A stretch of DNA of 64,000 nucleotides, from the NCBI GenBank assembly GCA_040752415.1, contig JBFMGU010000008.1:1-64000 (forward strand), written 5' to 3'. This document shows positions 19,391 to 28,663 of the stretch, in pieces. The stretch is from Myxococcota bacterium (GTDB lineage Bacteria; Myxococcota; JACRCW01). Made by a program: the position numbers and the translations under genes. Each line of letters starts with the position of its first letter. The stretch's first letter is position 1. The notes below the pieces were generated by a model. It was given only the letters and a program-made list of their open reading frames with translations, was not told the DNA's origin and did not search any database.

Positions 19391-19810
19391 ATGATCAAGG
19401 TTGGCAACCCGAAGGGGCGGGTCATCACCATCCGCAGCATCTCACCCATCTCCATGGACGACGTGGCGCAGCTGGGCCCGGCGCTCTTTGGTTTCATCAA
19501 GGCCATTGGCACGCGCGTGGTGGCGCTGGTGGACCTGCGTCAATGCGGCGTGGTTCCCACCGAGGTGGCCGAGCAGTTCATCCAGATGCTCAAGAAGGAC
19601 AACCCGGTCATGGAGCGCAGCGCGTTCCTGCTGGACAGTGGTCAGGCGACGCTGGGTCTGCAGGTGGAGCGCATCATCCGCGAGGCGGGGAATCCCAACC
19701 GCCGCTCCTTCCGCACTGCCACGGAAGCGGTGACCTTCGTCTCCGAGGTGGTGACGCCCGAGGAGCGCGCCGCGGTGCAGGCTTTTGTGGAGGAGTCGCA
19801 GCCGGCGTGA
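19391..19810 (+). CDS. Hypothetical STAS/SpoIIAA-like alpha/beta protein
   Basis: GGGAGG RBS; ALVDLR and R.F.T..EA..F pattern. Confidence 0.65.
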   Translation: MIKVGNPKGRVITIRSISPISMDDVAQLGPALFGFIKAIGTRVVALVDLRQCGVVPTEVAEQFIQMLKKDNPVMERSAFLLDSGQATLGLQVERIIREAGNPNRRSFRTATEAVTFVSEVVTPEERAAVQAFVEESQPA

Positions 19811-19909
19811 GCGGTCAGGTCGCTGCGGCCAGGCCCAGCTGCTCTTCACGGCGACGGATGCGCCCGTCGTGGCGCACGGTGCGTCCCACGAGGACGTGGT
19901 CCAGACAGG

Positions 19910-22867
19910 TCAGACCACGCGCACGCTGCTGCGGCTGGGCGTGGAGATGTAGCGCTCATGGCGCAGCCAGTTGACCCAGCCGGTCACGCTCTGCGGCTTC
20001 ACCTCGATCTGGTAGCGGCCGGCGGCGAGCTCCTCTCCCGCGCGGCTGTCCGACTCGTGTGTGGCGCGGAAGACTCCGTCGTCGTCGCGCGGCACGGACT
20101 CCGCGGTATCCACCACCTTCTTGAGCGTGTCGGAGTCCAGGCGGGAGAGCTGGTCCAGGAGCTGACGCGGCGTCACGCCCAGCTGCGGCGCGGCCTGGCT
20201 GATCATGCGGCCAATGCTCTCGTGGCCGTCGCGCGTGACGTCGCGGAAACGGTAGGCCGCGGTTTCACTGAGGCCCGCGCCCTTGAGGAACACGCCCAGG
20301 TTCTCCTCGGCACGGTCCTCCGCCGCGTTGGCGCGGAAGTGGTTGAGCACGGCGTTGGCGCCAATGGTGAACACCGCGGTGCCCGCCGCAATGGCAATGC
20401 CCGCCGGTCCGCCCACCGCGCCCGCCGCCAGCGTGCCCGCCAGTGACGCCGCGGAGATGCCCGCCTGCGCGTAGTCCTTGTTCTTGACCGCCTGGGCAAT
20501 GTTCACGCCGTCGAAGATGACGCCCAGCGGCCTGGCCACGGTGCCCGCGGTCTTGAAGATGCCACTGAGCTTGCTGCCCTCCTTGAGGAACGGCGCCAGG
20601 TCGCCCGCCAGGCCCAGCGTGTCGGCCACGGCCTTGATGCGCGTCTCCGCGTCGCCGGTGGCCAGGTCCTTGGCAATGGAAGCTCCGCTGACGACGAGAC
20701 CGATGGTGGCGATGCGCTTCCCGGTGGGGGTTTCCAGCGCCTTGCGGGCCAGCTCGTCGTCGGAGAGACCGGGATACTGGCTCTTGAGCTGCTCGGCCAC
20801 GGCGTCCTTGGCCACGGAGGTGGTGGCCTTGGCGAAGTCTTCTCCGAACTTCACCGGGTCCAGCGTGGGCTTGGCCTGGTAATCCGCGACGACGTCCTTC
20901 ATCGCCCGGAGGTCACCGCTCTTGAGGCCCAGCGTGGACGCGTTGCGGTCCATGCCCTCGACGAGGCGACCAAGCCGGCCCAGGTCCCCGCTCTGCGCCA
21001 GCTCGGCGGCCCGGGTGCCCGCGGCGCGGGTGACGGAGTCGGTGAGCGCCTGGTCGTGCGCCTTGGCCTCGTCGCCTTCCAGGCCCAGCTGCGAGGCCCG
21101 TGCGTTCTCGAGGAAGGACGGCGCCCCCGCGCCCGCGCGCTCCAGGGAATCCGCAATGGCCTTCTGGCCCGCATCCGACTGCGCCGCGCGCGGCAGCTCC
21201 TTGAGCGCTTCCTGCGACGCGCCGAGCAAACGCACGCCCTCCGGCGGGAATCCACCGGTGAGCTTCGAGAGGTCCTCGGCGTTGCGCGCCGCCGCGCCCG
21301 CGCCCTCCAACGTGCTGGAGAGCTTGCGGCCCGCGTCCTCGAATTCCGTGTAGGCCGCCTTGTTCTTCTCGCGGAACGCCTCGATGCCCTTCTGCAGCTC
21401 CGCGTCGGAGAGCACGCCCTTCCATTCACTGACGTAACGCGCAAGCTCGCCGTTGAGCTTGTCAACCTGGTCCGCCTTCTCCTTGAAGTCCTCGTTGATG
21501 TCGCCAACCGCCTCCGCGGTCAGCTTGGCCACGTCGCGCGCGGCGTCGGTCTTGCCGTTGCGCTGCAGGCTGCCGGCCAGCTCGGTGGCGAACAGGGAGC
21601 CGTTGCCGTCCTGGATGGACTGCTTGAGGGAGCCGCCCAGGCGGTCCTTGTCGTCGATGTCGACTTTCCCGTCGGGGAGGCCCTTGGCGTACGCGTCGGT
21701 GATGAGCCGCGCGTTGCCCGCGCCCGCCAGCTCCGTGGCGCGGGAGAGACTGCCCATGGTGTTCTTGAACAGGTCGTTCTTGTCCTTGCCCTCCAGCTTG
21801 TCCAGGTCGGCGGCGATCTTCGTCACCGAGGGTTGCGCCGCGCGCAGCAGCTCCTCGCGGTAGGCGGGATCCCGGTTGCCCTGCAGCTGCTCCTCGAGGG
21901 CGCGCGCTCCCTGCTCGGGGCCCTGCGCGGTGGCGTCGGCGATCTTCTGCGCGTCCACCTTGGCGGCTTCCTGCGGTGACACCACGCCGGGGCTGCCGAG
22001 CAGGCGCTTCTGCGCCTCGGTGCTGAGGCTGCCGGCGTCGCGCGCGTCCTTCACGCCGTTGGCGTCGGGGAACGGCTCCTTGCGCCCCACCGCCTTGGCC
22101 TTCTGGTTGGCATCCTGCTGGGCGCGGATGGCCTCGTCGCCCTTCTTGATGGCGTCGGCGCGCGCGGTATCCAGCTGCTTCTCCAGGCTGCCCACCCGGT
22201 TCTGCGCATCCCGGCTCCGACGCGCAGCGTTGTCCACCTCCAGCTTGGGCGCGTGGTGCTCCACCCTGCGGAAGTGATCCAGGCTCGTGCTCTGCGCGTC
22301 GGCGCGGGCCTTGTCCAGCTGCGCTTCCAGGCTGCGCACCTTGTCCTGGGCCTTGCCCGCCGCGACGCGTTTCTGCTCGGCCACGCCCTTGGACTCGTCG
22401 GCGGCGGCGCTGGCGCGCTGACCGGCTTCACGGATGAGCCGCGTGGCGTTGGCGAATCCGTCGGCGAGCTTGCCGAGCTTGAAGGACCCGGTGACCTCCT
22501 CCTTCAGCTCCGCGCTTCCCTCCCGGGCGGGACCCTTGTCCTCGACGCGCGGCTTGTCGCCCACGGCCTTCTGCGCTTCGGTCTGGCGCGTGCTCTTCTC
22601 CACCTTGTCCGCGCGGCTGTCGGCGGGAATCTTGATGGTGTCGCCGGCCTTGATGAGCGCGTTGGGCCCCACCTTCCTGGGATTGGCCTCCGCAATCTCC
22701 TTCCAGCGGCTGGCGTCGCCATAGGCCTTCTTGGCAATGCCCGAGAGCGTGTCGCCCTTCTGCACCTGGTAGGTCTGCCCGGGCTTGGGCGGTGGTGGCT
22801 TGGTCGGTGGTGCCTGGGTGCGGCTCTGCGTCTGCGAGGTCTTGCTGGGACCTGAAACCGGCGGCAT
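19910..22867 (-). CDS. Large LysM-domain protein with coiled-coil body and hydrophobic Gly/Ala C-terminal hairpin
   Basis: YQVQKGDTLSGIAKKAYGDASRWKEIAEAN...LIKAGDTIKIP (LysM); GGGAGG RBS; no signal peptide. Confidence 0.88.
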   Translation of the reverse strand: MPPVSGPSKTSQTQSRTQAPPTKPPPPKPGQTYQVQKGDTLSGIAKKAYGDASRWKEIAEANPRKVGPNALIKAGDTIKIPADSRADKVEKSTRQTEAQKAVGDKPRVEDKGPAREGSAELKEEVTGSFKLGKLADGFANATRLIREAGQRASAAADESKGVAEQKRVAAGKAQDKVRSLEAQLDKARADAQSTSLDHFRRVEHHAPKLEVDNAARRSRDAQNRVGSLEKQLDTARADAIKKGDEAIRAQQDANQKAKAVGRKEPFPDANGVKDARDAGSLSTEAQKRLLGSPGVVSPQEAAKVDAQKIADATAQGPEQGARALEEQLQGNRDPAYREELLRAAQPSVTKIAADLDKLEGKDKNDLFKNTMGSLSRATELAGAGNARLITDAYAKGLPDGKVDIDDKDRLGGSLKQSIQDGNGSLFATELAGSLQRNGKTDAARDVAKLTAEAVGDINEDFKEKADQVDKLNGELARYVSEWKGVLSDAELQKGIEAFREKNKAAYTEFEDAGRKLSSTLEGAGAAARNAEDLSKLTGGFPPEGVRLLGASQEALKELPRAAQSDAGQKAIADSLERAGAGAPSFLENARASQLGLEGDEAKAHDQALTDSVTRAAGTRAAELAQSGDLGRLGRLVEGMDRNASTLGLKSGDLRAMKDVVADYQAKPTLDPVKFGEDFAKATTSVAKDAVAEQLKSQYPGLSDDELARKALETPTGKRIATIGLVVSGASIAKDLATGDAETRIKAVADTLGLAGDLAPFLKEGSKLSGIFKTAGTVARPLGVIFDGVNIAQAVKNKDYAQAGISAASLAGTLAAGAVGGPAGIAIAAGTAVFTIGANAVLNHFRANAAEDRAEENLGVFLKGAGLSETAAYRFRDVTRDGHESIGRMISQAAPQLGVTPRQLLDQLSRLDSDTLKKVVDTAESVPRDDDGVFRATHESDSRAGEELAAGRYQIEVKPQSVTGWVNWLRHERYISTPSRSSVRVV

Positions 22868-23233
22868 GCGTCCCTCCCGTCGCGCTGCTGCGTGGAAACC
22901 GGCGCCCCAACGCTAGGCGCCCGTCCGGGATCCCGCCACCGTAAGCTGGTGTAGGCACGACGACGGACCCCGTCGAAATCCCGGGATGCGTGGCCACCTC
23001 CGGGATCCCCTGGTTACCGATGGCAGGCTCGCCAGACCGTGACGTCACGCGCTGGAACCCACAAACGGACTGGGCGCGCCCCAGGCCGTCACGAACCGCG
23101 AAGGGCACGGCGCGGTGGTGGCGCGGGAGAGGCTCATCATCCTGGGCAGTTGGGATACGCTCGACACGAAGCTGGATTCCGTCGAGGTTCCGCGCTCACG
23201 TGACGGCAGCGCCCGTCTCCACCTGGAGGATGG

Positions 23234-23485
23234 ATGTTCGTCATCGAGTTTCCTCGTCGTGGCAAGGTCACCTGGAAGGACGGAGCCATCACGGTGGAGA
23301 GCACGCCGGAGGATGTGCCGCATGACCTGGAGGAGGCGGTGCGCGCCGTGCTGGAGATGGAGGACGTGGACCTGACGGTGCCCTCGCAGGTGCGCCACGC
23401 GCTGCTCAGCATGGCCGGCGCCCAACTCGTGGTGGATACCTCCTCCCACGACGGACACGGTGGCAACGGACGGGATTCGCGGTAG
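23234..23485 (+). CDS. Small hypothetical protein
   Basis: GGAGG RBS; normal composition and codon bias. Confidence 0.55.
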   Translation: MFVIEFPRRGKVTWKDGAITVESTPEDVPHDLEEAVRAVLEMEDVDLTVPSQVRHALLSMAGAQLVVDTSSHDGHGGNGRDSR

Positions 23486-23488
23486 CCG

Positions 23489-24670
23489 TCAGTCGTATCC
23501 CGCGAGCCACTGGAACATGTTGCGCGCCGCGCGGGTGTTGTCCTGCTCCTGGATCTGCGAGAGGGTGTCGTCGTCGGGATCGTCGTTGGTGAAGTACGCT
23601 TCATGGCCCAGCGCCACCACGCGCCCCTGCCCGTACTCACGCACCATCACCACCGGCGGATGCTCACCCGCGGCGTAGTGGCCCAGCGTGGCGTACGCGT
23701 CGTTGTCACCGCCGATCAGCGCACGCACCGCGGGATGCAGACGCCGCAACGGGGACGGCGCCACCGGGCCGCCAAAGCGCAGCACGCCCGCGGTCACCTC
23801 GTGCGCCTCCAGCGGGATGAGGTGCGGCTGGTAGACCTCCATCTCGTGATTCGTGACGTCGTAGATGAAGCTGTCCAGGAAGGAGATGCCAAAGCGGCCG
23901 GCAACCTGGTTCATGGGATAGTTGTCCAGGGTGCGGCCCTGCTGAGCGTCCACCCAGGACCAACCCAGCCCGGTGATGAACAGGCCGCCACCGGCTTCCA
24001 CGAACGCCACCACCGCGTCGATCTCCGCGGCCTGGAACGTGCCCCACGACGTGCCCAGCACCAGCACGTCCATGCCCTGCAGCACCTGCGCGGTGATGGG
24101 ACCGGTGGCGTGCGTGAGCACGGTGTGGCCGTCGAACTGCAGGAGCCCCGCCAGCGACGCCCAGTTCCCACTCACGGTGACCCAGGGCTGGTGCGCCTCG
24201 TCGAACAGGATCACGCCGTCACGCGGCACACCGCTGGAGGACGAGCTGCTGGACGACGACGATGATGATGACGACGAGGACGACGAGCTGCTCGTGGAGC
24301 TGGCGGAGGACGACGACGAGGTGGCAGCGCCGGAAGTGGAGCCAGTACTCCCGCCGCTGGAGCTGCTGGACGCGCTGGACGACGAGGTGGCGCTGGCGGC
24401 GCCGGTGGACGAGGTCACCGCTGCCACGCTGGACGACGAGGTGGCGGCTCCCGACGACGAGGACGAGGCGACGAGGTGGCCGCCATCGGGCTGGGAGCGC
24501 GTCCCGTCGACGCAGCGACCGTCCCGGCACACCTCCGAGCCGCGACAGTCCGAGTCCACGTTGCACGCGGTCACGCACATGTTCCCCTCGCGGTACTGGC
24601 CGGACGCGCACTCGACGCAGCCAGCGAGCCAGCCCACGGGTACCAGTGGCAGCAGGAACCGCACGTGCAC
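23489..24670 (-). CDS. Cys-rich lipoprotein with poly-Ser linker and DUF4350/class-I glutamine-amidotransferase-like domain
   Basis: LAGC lipobox; ILFDEAH, DVLVL, FVEAGGGL and YGQGRVVALG motifs; GTG 24670 assumed as start. Confidence 0.75.
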   Translation of the reverse strand: MHVRFLLPLVPVGWLAGCVECASGQYREGNMCVTACNVDSDCRGSEVCRDGRCVDGTRSQPDGGHLVASSSSSGAATSSSSVAAVTSSTGAASATSSSSASSSSSGGSTGSTSGAATSSSSSASSTSSSSSSSSSSSSSSSSSSSSGVPRDGVILFDEAHQPWVTVSGNWASLAGLLQFDGHTVLTHATGPITAQVLQGMDVLVLGTSWGTFQAAEIDAVVAFVEAGGGLFITGLGWSWVDAQQGRTLDNYPMNQVAGRFGISFLDSFIYDVTNHEMEVYQPHLIPLEAHEVTAGVLRFGGPVAPSPLRRLHPAVRALIGGDNDAYATLGHYAAGEHPPVVMVREYGQGRVVALGHEAYFTNDDPDDDTLSQIQEQDNTRAARNMFQWLAGYD

Positions 24671-24708
24671 GCGCGCAGGATACCAGAGGCACTCGTGGTT
24701 GATCCCGC

Positions 24709-25173
24709 TCAGAGCGCGAAGGTGAACACGTACATGCCCAGCGCCGTCACCGCGGTGTAGATGGCGCCGCCGAACACCAGCCAGCCCACCTTCTTGTGAC
24801 GACGGGAGAAGGTCCCAGGCAACACCTGCTCCGCCCGCCGGTGCGACATCACGGCCAACACCAGCCACGCCGTGTAGGTGAGGATGGCGCCCGCGATGTG
24901 ACCGTTGAGCAGCGTGCGCAGCGCCGGTCCCGCGTAGGGGCTCGCCGAAACGAAGCTCCCCGAACCGCCCTGCAACCTCAGCACACCTTCAAACGTGAAC
25001 ACCGCGGTGAAACACAGGACCAACCAGCCCACCTGCACCCGACGGTGCTGCTGCCACTTCCGCGCGCGGACCAGGCGGAACGAGGCCAGCATCACCAGCG
25101 GCGTGGCCAGCGTGACGAGGAGGATGAGGTCCAGGAGGAGGTTGGCGCGGGTGCCAAGGAAGCCGGCGGGCAT
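24709..25173 (-). CDS. DUF420-family membrane protein
   Basis: GFLGTRA, H+R.Q, H and HKKVG motifs; 4 TM segments; AAGGA RBS. Confidence 0.75.
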   Translation of the reverse strand: MPAGFLGTRANLLLDLILLVTLATPLVMLASFRLVRARKWQQHRRVQVGWLVLCFTAVFTFEGVLRLQGGSGSFVSASPYAGPALRTLLNGHIAGAILTYTAWLVLAVMSHRRAEQVLPGTFSRRHKKVGWLVFGGAIYTAVTALGMYVFTFAL

Positions 25174-25315
25174 GTGTTCCTTCGTCCCAGGCCAGGGGGG
25201 TGGATTTCCCTGGGAGGACGCAATCTCCCCTCGGTGAGGCGACAACGCAATGTTCCGGCCCAGGCCTGCGTTCGTGCTCGTTGCCAGGTGCTGCGCGAAC
25301 GAGGACACTTCCGAC

Positions 25316-25924
25316 ATGGTCGCTGATGCGGAATGGGCCATCCACGCCGCCCGGGAGCTGGCCCGCGCGGCCGGTGAGCTGGAGCAGGTCCGACGTGGAG
25401 TCCACCAGCTCCTCCACCTGGCCACCGACGCCGCGCAGCCCGACCGACGGCAGGTCACCGAGGTGCTGGTGGACACCTTCGAGCAACGTCGTCACCTGCA
25501 GCTGTTGCAGCGCCACGCGGAGACGCTGGACCGCACCTGTCAGCAGGCCGTGGGCGCGTGCGTGGACATGATGCGGCTCCTGGAGCGTGGCCGCGCCGAC
25601 GCCACGGTGGCGTGGAGCGGATTGAAGCTGGCGCGCGGAGTGCGACACAGCATCCACCGGCTGCAGCAGCACCACCACCGGGATTCCCGACGTCACGTGG
25701 ACGCGCAGATGACCTGCTTCCGTCGCATCCGCGCCATTGCCGACGGGAAGGTGCCCAACGCCGAGGCCGCGCGCGAGCAGGTGCACGCCGAGCTGGCGGC
25801 CCTGGTGCGGACCCAGCGCGCTGCGGAGCTGCGTTACGCGCAAGGCACCACGCGGGTGGCGCGTCGCCTGCTGCGCGGGGTGCAGACGGTGGCACCCGGA
25901 CGTCGTCACACGGACCAACGCTGA
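25316..25924 (+). CDS. Hypothetical helical protein
   Basis: GAGG RBS; coding-like codon bias; heads a run of + strand genes. Confidence 0.55.
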   Translation: MVADAEWAIHAARELARAAGELEQVRRGVHQLLHLATDAAQPDRRQVTEVLVDTFEQRRHLQLLQRHAETLDRTCQQAVGACVDMMRLLERGRADATVAWSGLKLARGVRHSIHRLQQHHHRDSRRHVDAQMTCFRRIRAIADGKVPNAEAAREQVHAELAALVRTQRAAELRYAQGTTRVARRLLRGVQTVAPGRRHTDQR

Positions 25925-25980
25925 CGGAGACAGGGACGACCGACGCATGAGCGCCACGGCGCACCCCGGTATACCCCGGC

Positions 25981-26910
25981 GTGCTGCGTCTCGGTCTCTG
26001 CTGCGGCTTTGTCGACGAGCCCATCCGCTTCCGCACCGCCACCGCCCGCTACGTGGCGGGGTTGCCGCTTGCCGCGGCGCGCGCGTACCTGCTGGAGGTT
26101 GCGCGCCACAACGCCTTCAGCCTGGAGCAGGCGGTGCAGTGGTGCGCGCAGCATGACGTGGGCGCCTTCCGCATCCCCAGCAAGCTCATCCCGCTGGCCA
26201 CGCACCCGGAGCACCACCAGCTGCTCCGCGTCCTCGACGACGACACCACGTTCCAGGCCTCGGTGCAGCGCGTCCGGCGGCTGGCGCCGCGCATCCGCCT
26301 GAGCTTCCATCCCGACCCGTTCGTGGTGCCGGGCTCGGCGTCCAACGGCACCTCGGAATCCTCGCTTCGTGAGCTGGAGCATCACGCGCGGATGGCACAC
26401 TGGGTGGGCGCGGAACAGATCACCATCCACGGCGGTGGCGCACAACCGGACAAGAAGCAGGCCCTGTTGCGCCTGGTGCGCGCGCTGGACCGGCTCAGCC
26501 GCGCCGCGCGGGAGCGGGTGGTGTTGGAGAATGATGACCGCGTGTTCACCGTCGAGGATCTGCTGCCCGCGTGCCACCAACACGGCATCCCGCTGGTCTA
26601 TGACGTGCACCATCACCGCTGCAATCCCGACGGTCTCTCCGAGGAGGAAGCCACCGTGCAGGCCGCGGCCACTTGGGGCGGGCGCGAGCCGTGGGCCCAT
26701 GTGTCGTCGCCGGAGGCGGGTTGGTCGGAGGCGGACCCCCGGCCCCACGCGGACTTCATCCAGCCGCGCGACTTCCCGGTGCACTGGCTGACCACGCGGC
26801 TCACCGTGGACGTGGAGGCCAAGGCCCGGGAACGGGCGGTGTTGCGGCTGCAGCGCTGGATCCGTCGTCACGACGCGGCTGCCACCGTCCCCGCCGCGCC
26901 GCTGCACTGA
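25981..26910 (+). CDS. uvsE: UV damage endonuclease UvsE
   Basis: RLGLCC, FRIPSKLIPLATHP, RLSFHPD, IHGGG, LENDD, YDVHHH, HADFI and DVEAK motifs. Confidence 0.93.
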   Translation: MLRLGLCCGFVDEPIRFRTATARYVAGLPLAAARAYLLEVARHNAFSLEQAVQWCAQHDVGAFRIPSKLIPLATHPEHHQLLRVLDDDTTFQASVQRVRRLAPRIRLSFHPDPFVVPGSASNGTSESSLRELEHHARMAHWVGAEQITIHGGGAQPDKKQALLRLVRALDRLSRAARERVVLENDDRVFTVEDLLPACHQHGIPLVYDVHHHRCNPDGLSEEEATVQAAATWGGREPWAHVSSPEAGWSEADPRPHADFIQPRDFPVHWLTTRLTVDVEAKARERAVLRLQRWIRRHDAAATVPAAPLH

Positions 26911-26942
26911 TAGGATGGGAGTAGCGGACACGGAGCGCGGTG

Positions 26943-27473
26943 ATGCAGACGGTGGTGGTGGCGTCGACGAACCCGGTGAAGATCCGGGCCACGGAGTTGG
27001 GTTTCCAGCGGATGTTCCCGGGCCAGGTGTGCCAGGTGGTGGGCGTCTCCGTGCCTTCCGGCGTCAGCGACCAGCCCATGGACGACGAGGAGACCCTGCG
27101 CGGAGCGCACAACCGCGCCAATCACGCCCGCGCCGCCCGGCCCGACGCCACGTGGTGGGTGGGGCTGGAGGGTGGCGTCGACGAGAAAGCGGGAGAGCTG
27201 GAGGCGTTCGCGTGGATCGTGGTGTTGCGCGGAGACCAGGTGGCACGGAGCCGGACCGCCACATTCACGCTGCCGCCGCAGGTCGCGTCCCTGGTGCGGG
27301 CGGGCGTGGAGCTGGCGCACGCGGATGACCAGGTCTTCGGACGCCAGAACTCCAAGCACACCAACGGCGCCGTGGGCCTGCTCACCGGCGACGTCATTGA
27401 TCGCACCGCCTACTACGAGCACGCCGTGGTGCTGGCGCTCATCCCGTTCCGGAACGCGGAGCTGTTCGGCTGA
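26943..27473 (+). CDS. yjjX: Inosine/xanthosine triphosphatase (non-canonical purine NTPase)
   Basis: VASTNPVK, SGVSDQP, ET..GA.NRA, GLEGG and GAVGLLT motifs. Confidence 0.92.
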   Translation: MQTVVVASTNPVKIRATELGFQRMFPGQVCQVVGVSVPSGVSDQPMDDEETLRGAHNRANHARAARPDATWWVGLEGGVDEKAGELEAFAWIVVLRGDQVARSRTATFTLPPQVASLVRAGVELAHADDQVFGRQNSKHTNGAVGLLTGDVIDRTAYYEHAVVLALIPFRNAELFG

Positions 27474-27533
27474 ACCCTCGTCGAGCGGGAGCCGCTGCGG
27501 GGTCGGGGCAAACCTGTATTACGCTGCGCGTCC

Positions 27534-28658
27534 ATGAAGCTCGAGACCCTGGCGGTGCACGCCGGACGTCGACCGGACCCTGCCACCGGCGCCGTCACCC
27601 CACCCATCCATCTCTCCACCACCTTCCAGCGCGCCGCCGACGGGAGCTACCCGCTGGGGTTCTCCTACTCGCGCGAGGACAACCCCAACCGCCGCGCGCT
27701 GGAGGAATGCCTCGCCGCGCTGGAGGGCGGCACCGAGGCACTGGCGTTCTCGTCGGGACAGGCGGTGAGCATGGCGGTGCTGCAGGCGCTGGAGCCGGGC
27801 GACCACATCATTGCGCCGCAGGACGTCTACTACGGTCTGCGCAAGCTGCTGGGCGAGGTGCTCCGCAGGTGGCAGCTGGACGTGAGCTACGTGGACATGA
27901 CCGACGCCGACGCGGTGCGCGCCGCGGTGCGCAGGGAGACGCGCCTGTTGTGGGTGGAGACGCCTTCCAACCCGCTGCTGCGCATCACCGACCTGGCCAC
28001 ACTGGCCACGTTGGCGCGGGAGATCGAGGCCATCTGCATCTGCGACAGCACCTTCGCCAGCCCCATGCTGCAGCGTCCCCTCGAGCTGGGCGTGGACCTG
28101 ATGATGCACTCCACCACCAAGTACCTGAGCGGCCACAGCGATGTGATGGGCGGCGTGCTCATCACGAACCACGCCAACTACGTGTTCGAGCGGGCGCGCG
28201 CGTCGCAGAAGTTCGGTGGCGCGGTGCCCTCCCCCTTTGATTGCTGGCTCACCCTGCGCGGCGTCGACACGCTGGCGGTGCGGATGCGCGCGGCCAGCGA
28301 GAACGCCCTCAAGGTGGCGCGGTTCCTCAGCGGCCACGCCAACGTGGAGGCTGTGCACTACCCGGGCCTGGAGACCCACCCGGGACACGAGACCGCTCGA
28401 CGACAGATGCGCAGCTTTGGCGGCATGCTGTCCATGCAGGTGCGCGGCTGCGGCGAGAAGACCCTGGGCGTGGCCGCGCGTGTGAAGTTGTTCACCCGGG
28501 CCACCAGCCTCGGCGGAGCGCACAGTCTCATCGAGCACCGCGCTTCCATTGAAGGACCCGACACGCGGACACCGCAGAACCTGTTGCGCATGTCCATTGG
28601 CCTCGAGGACGCGGAGGACCTGATCGCCGACCTCGACCAGGCGCTCGCCGGCGTGTGA
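27534..28658 (+). CDS. Cys/Met metabolism PLP-dependent enzyme (cystathionine gamma-synthase/lyase family)
   Basis: YSREDNP, ETPSNP, HSTTKYLSGHSD (PLP lysine), SLGG and LRMSIGLE motifs. Confidence 0.93.
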   Translation: MKLETLAVHAGRRPDPATGAVTPPIHLSTTFQRAADGSYPLGFSYSREDNPNRRALEECLAALEGGTEALAFSSGQAVSMAVLQALEPGDHIIAPQDVYYGLRKLLGEVLRRWQLDVSYVDMTDADAVRAAVRRETRLLWVETPSNPLLRITDLATLATLAREIEAICICDSTFASPMLQRPLELGVDLMMHSTTKYLSGHSDVMGGVLITNHANYVFERARASQKFGGAVPSPFDCWLTLRGVDTLAVRMRAASENALKVARFLSGHANVEAVHYPGLETHPGHETARRQMRSFGGMLSMQVRGCGEKTLGVAARVKLFTRATSLGGAHSLIEHRASIEGPDTRTPQNLLRMSIGLEDAEDLIADLDQALAGV

Positions 28659-28663
28659 CGACG

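Noticed and set aside
25947..25981. Possible frameshift at the uvsE 5' end (out-of-frame upstream ATG)
   Set aside because: GTG 25981 already gives a complete UvsE starting at LRLGLCC, so no frameshift is needed.
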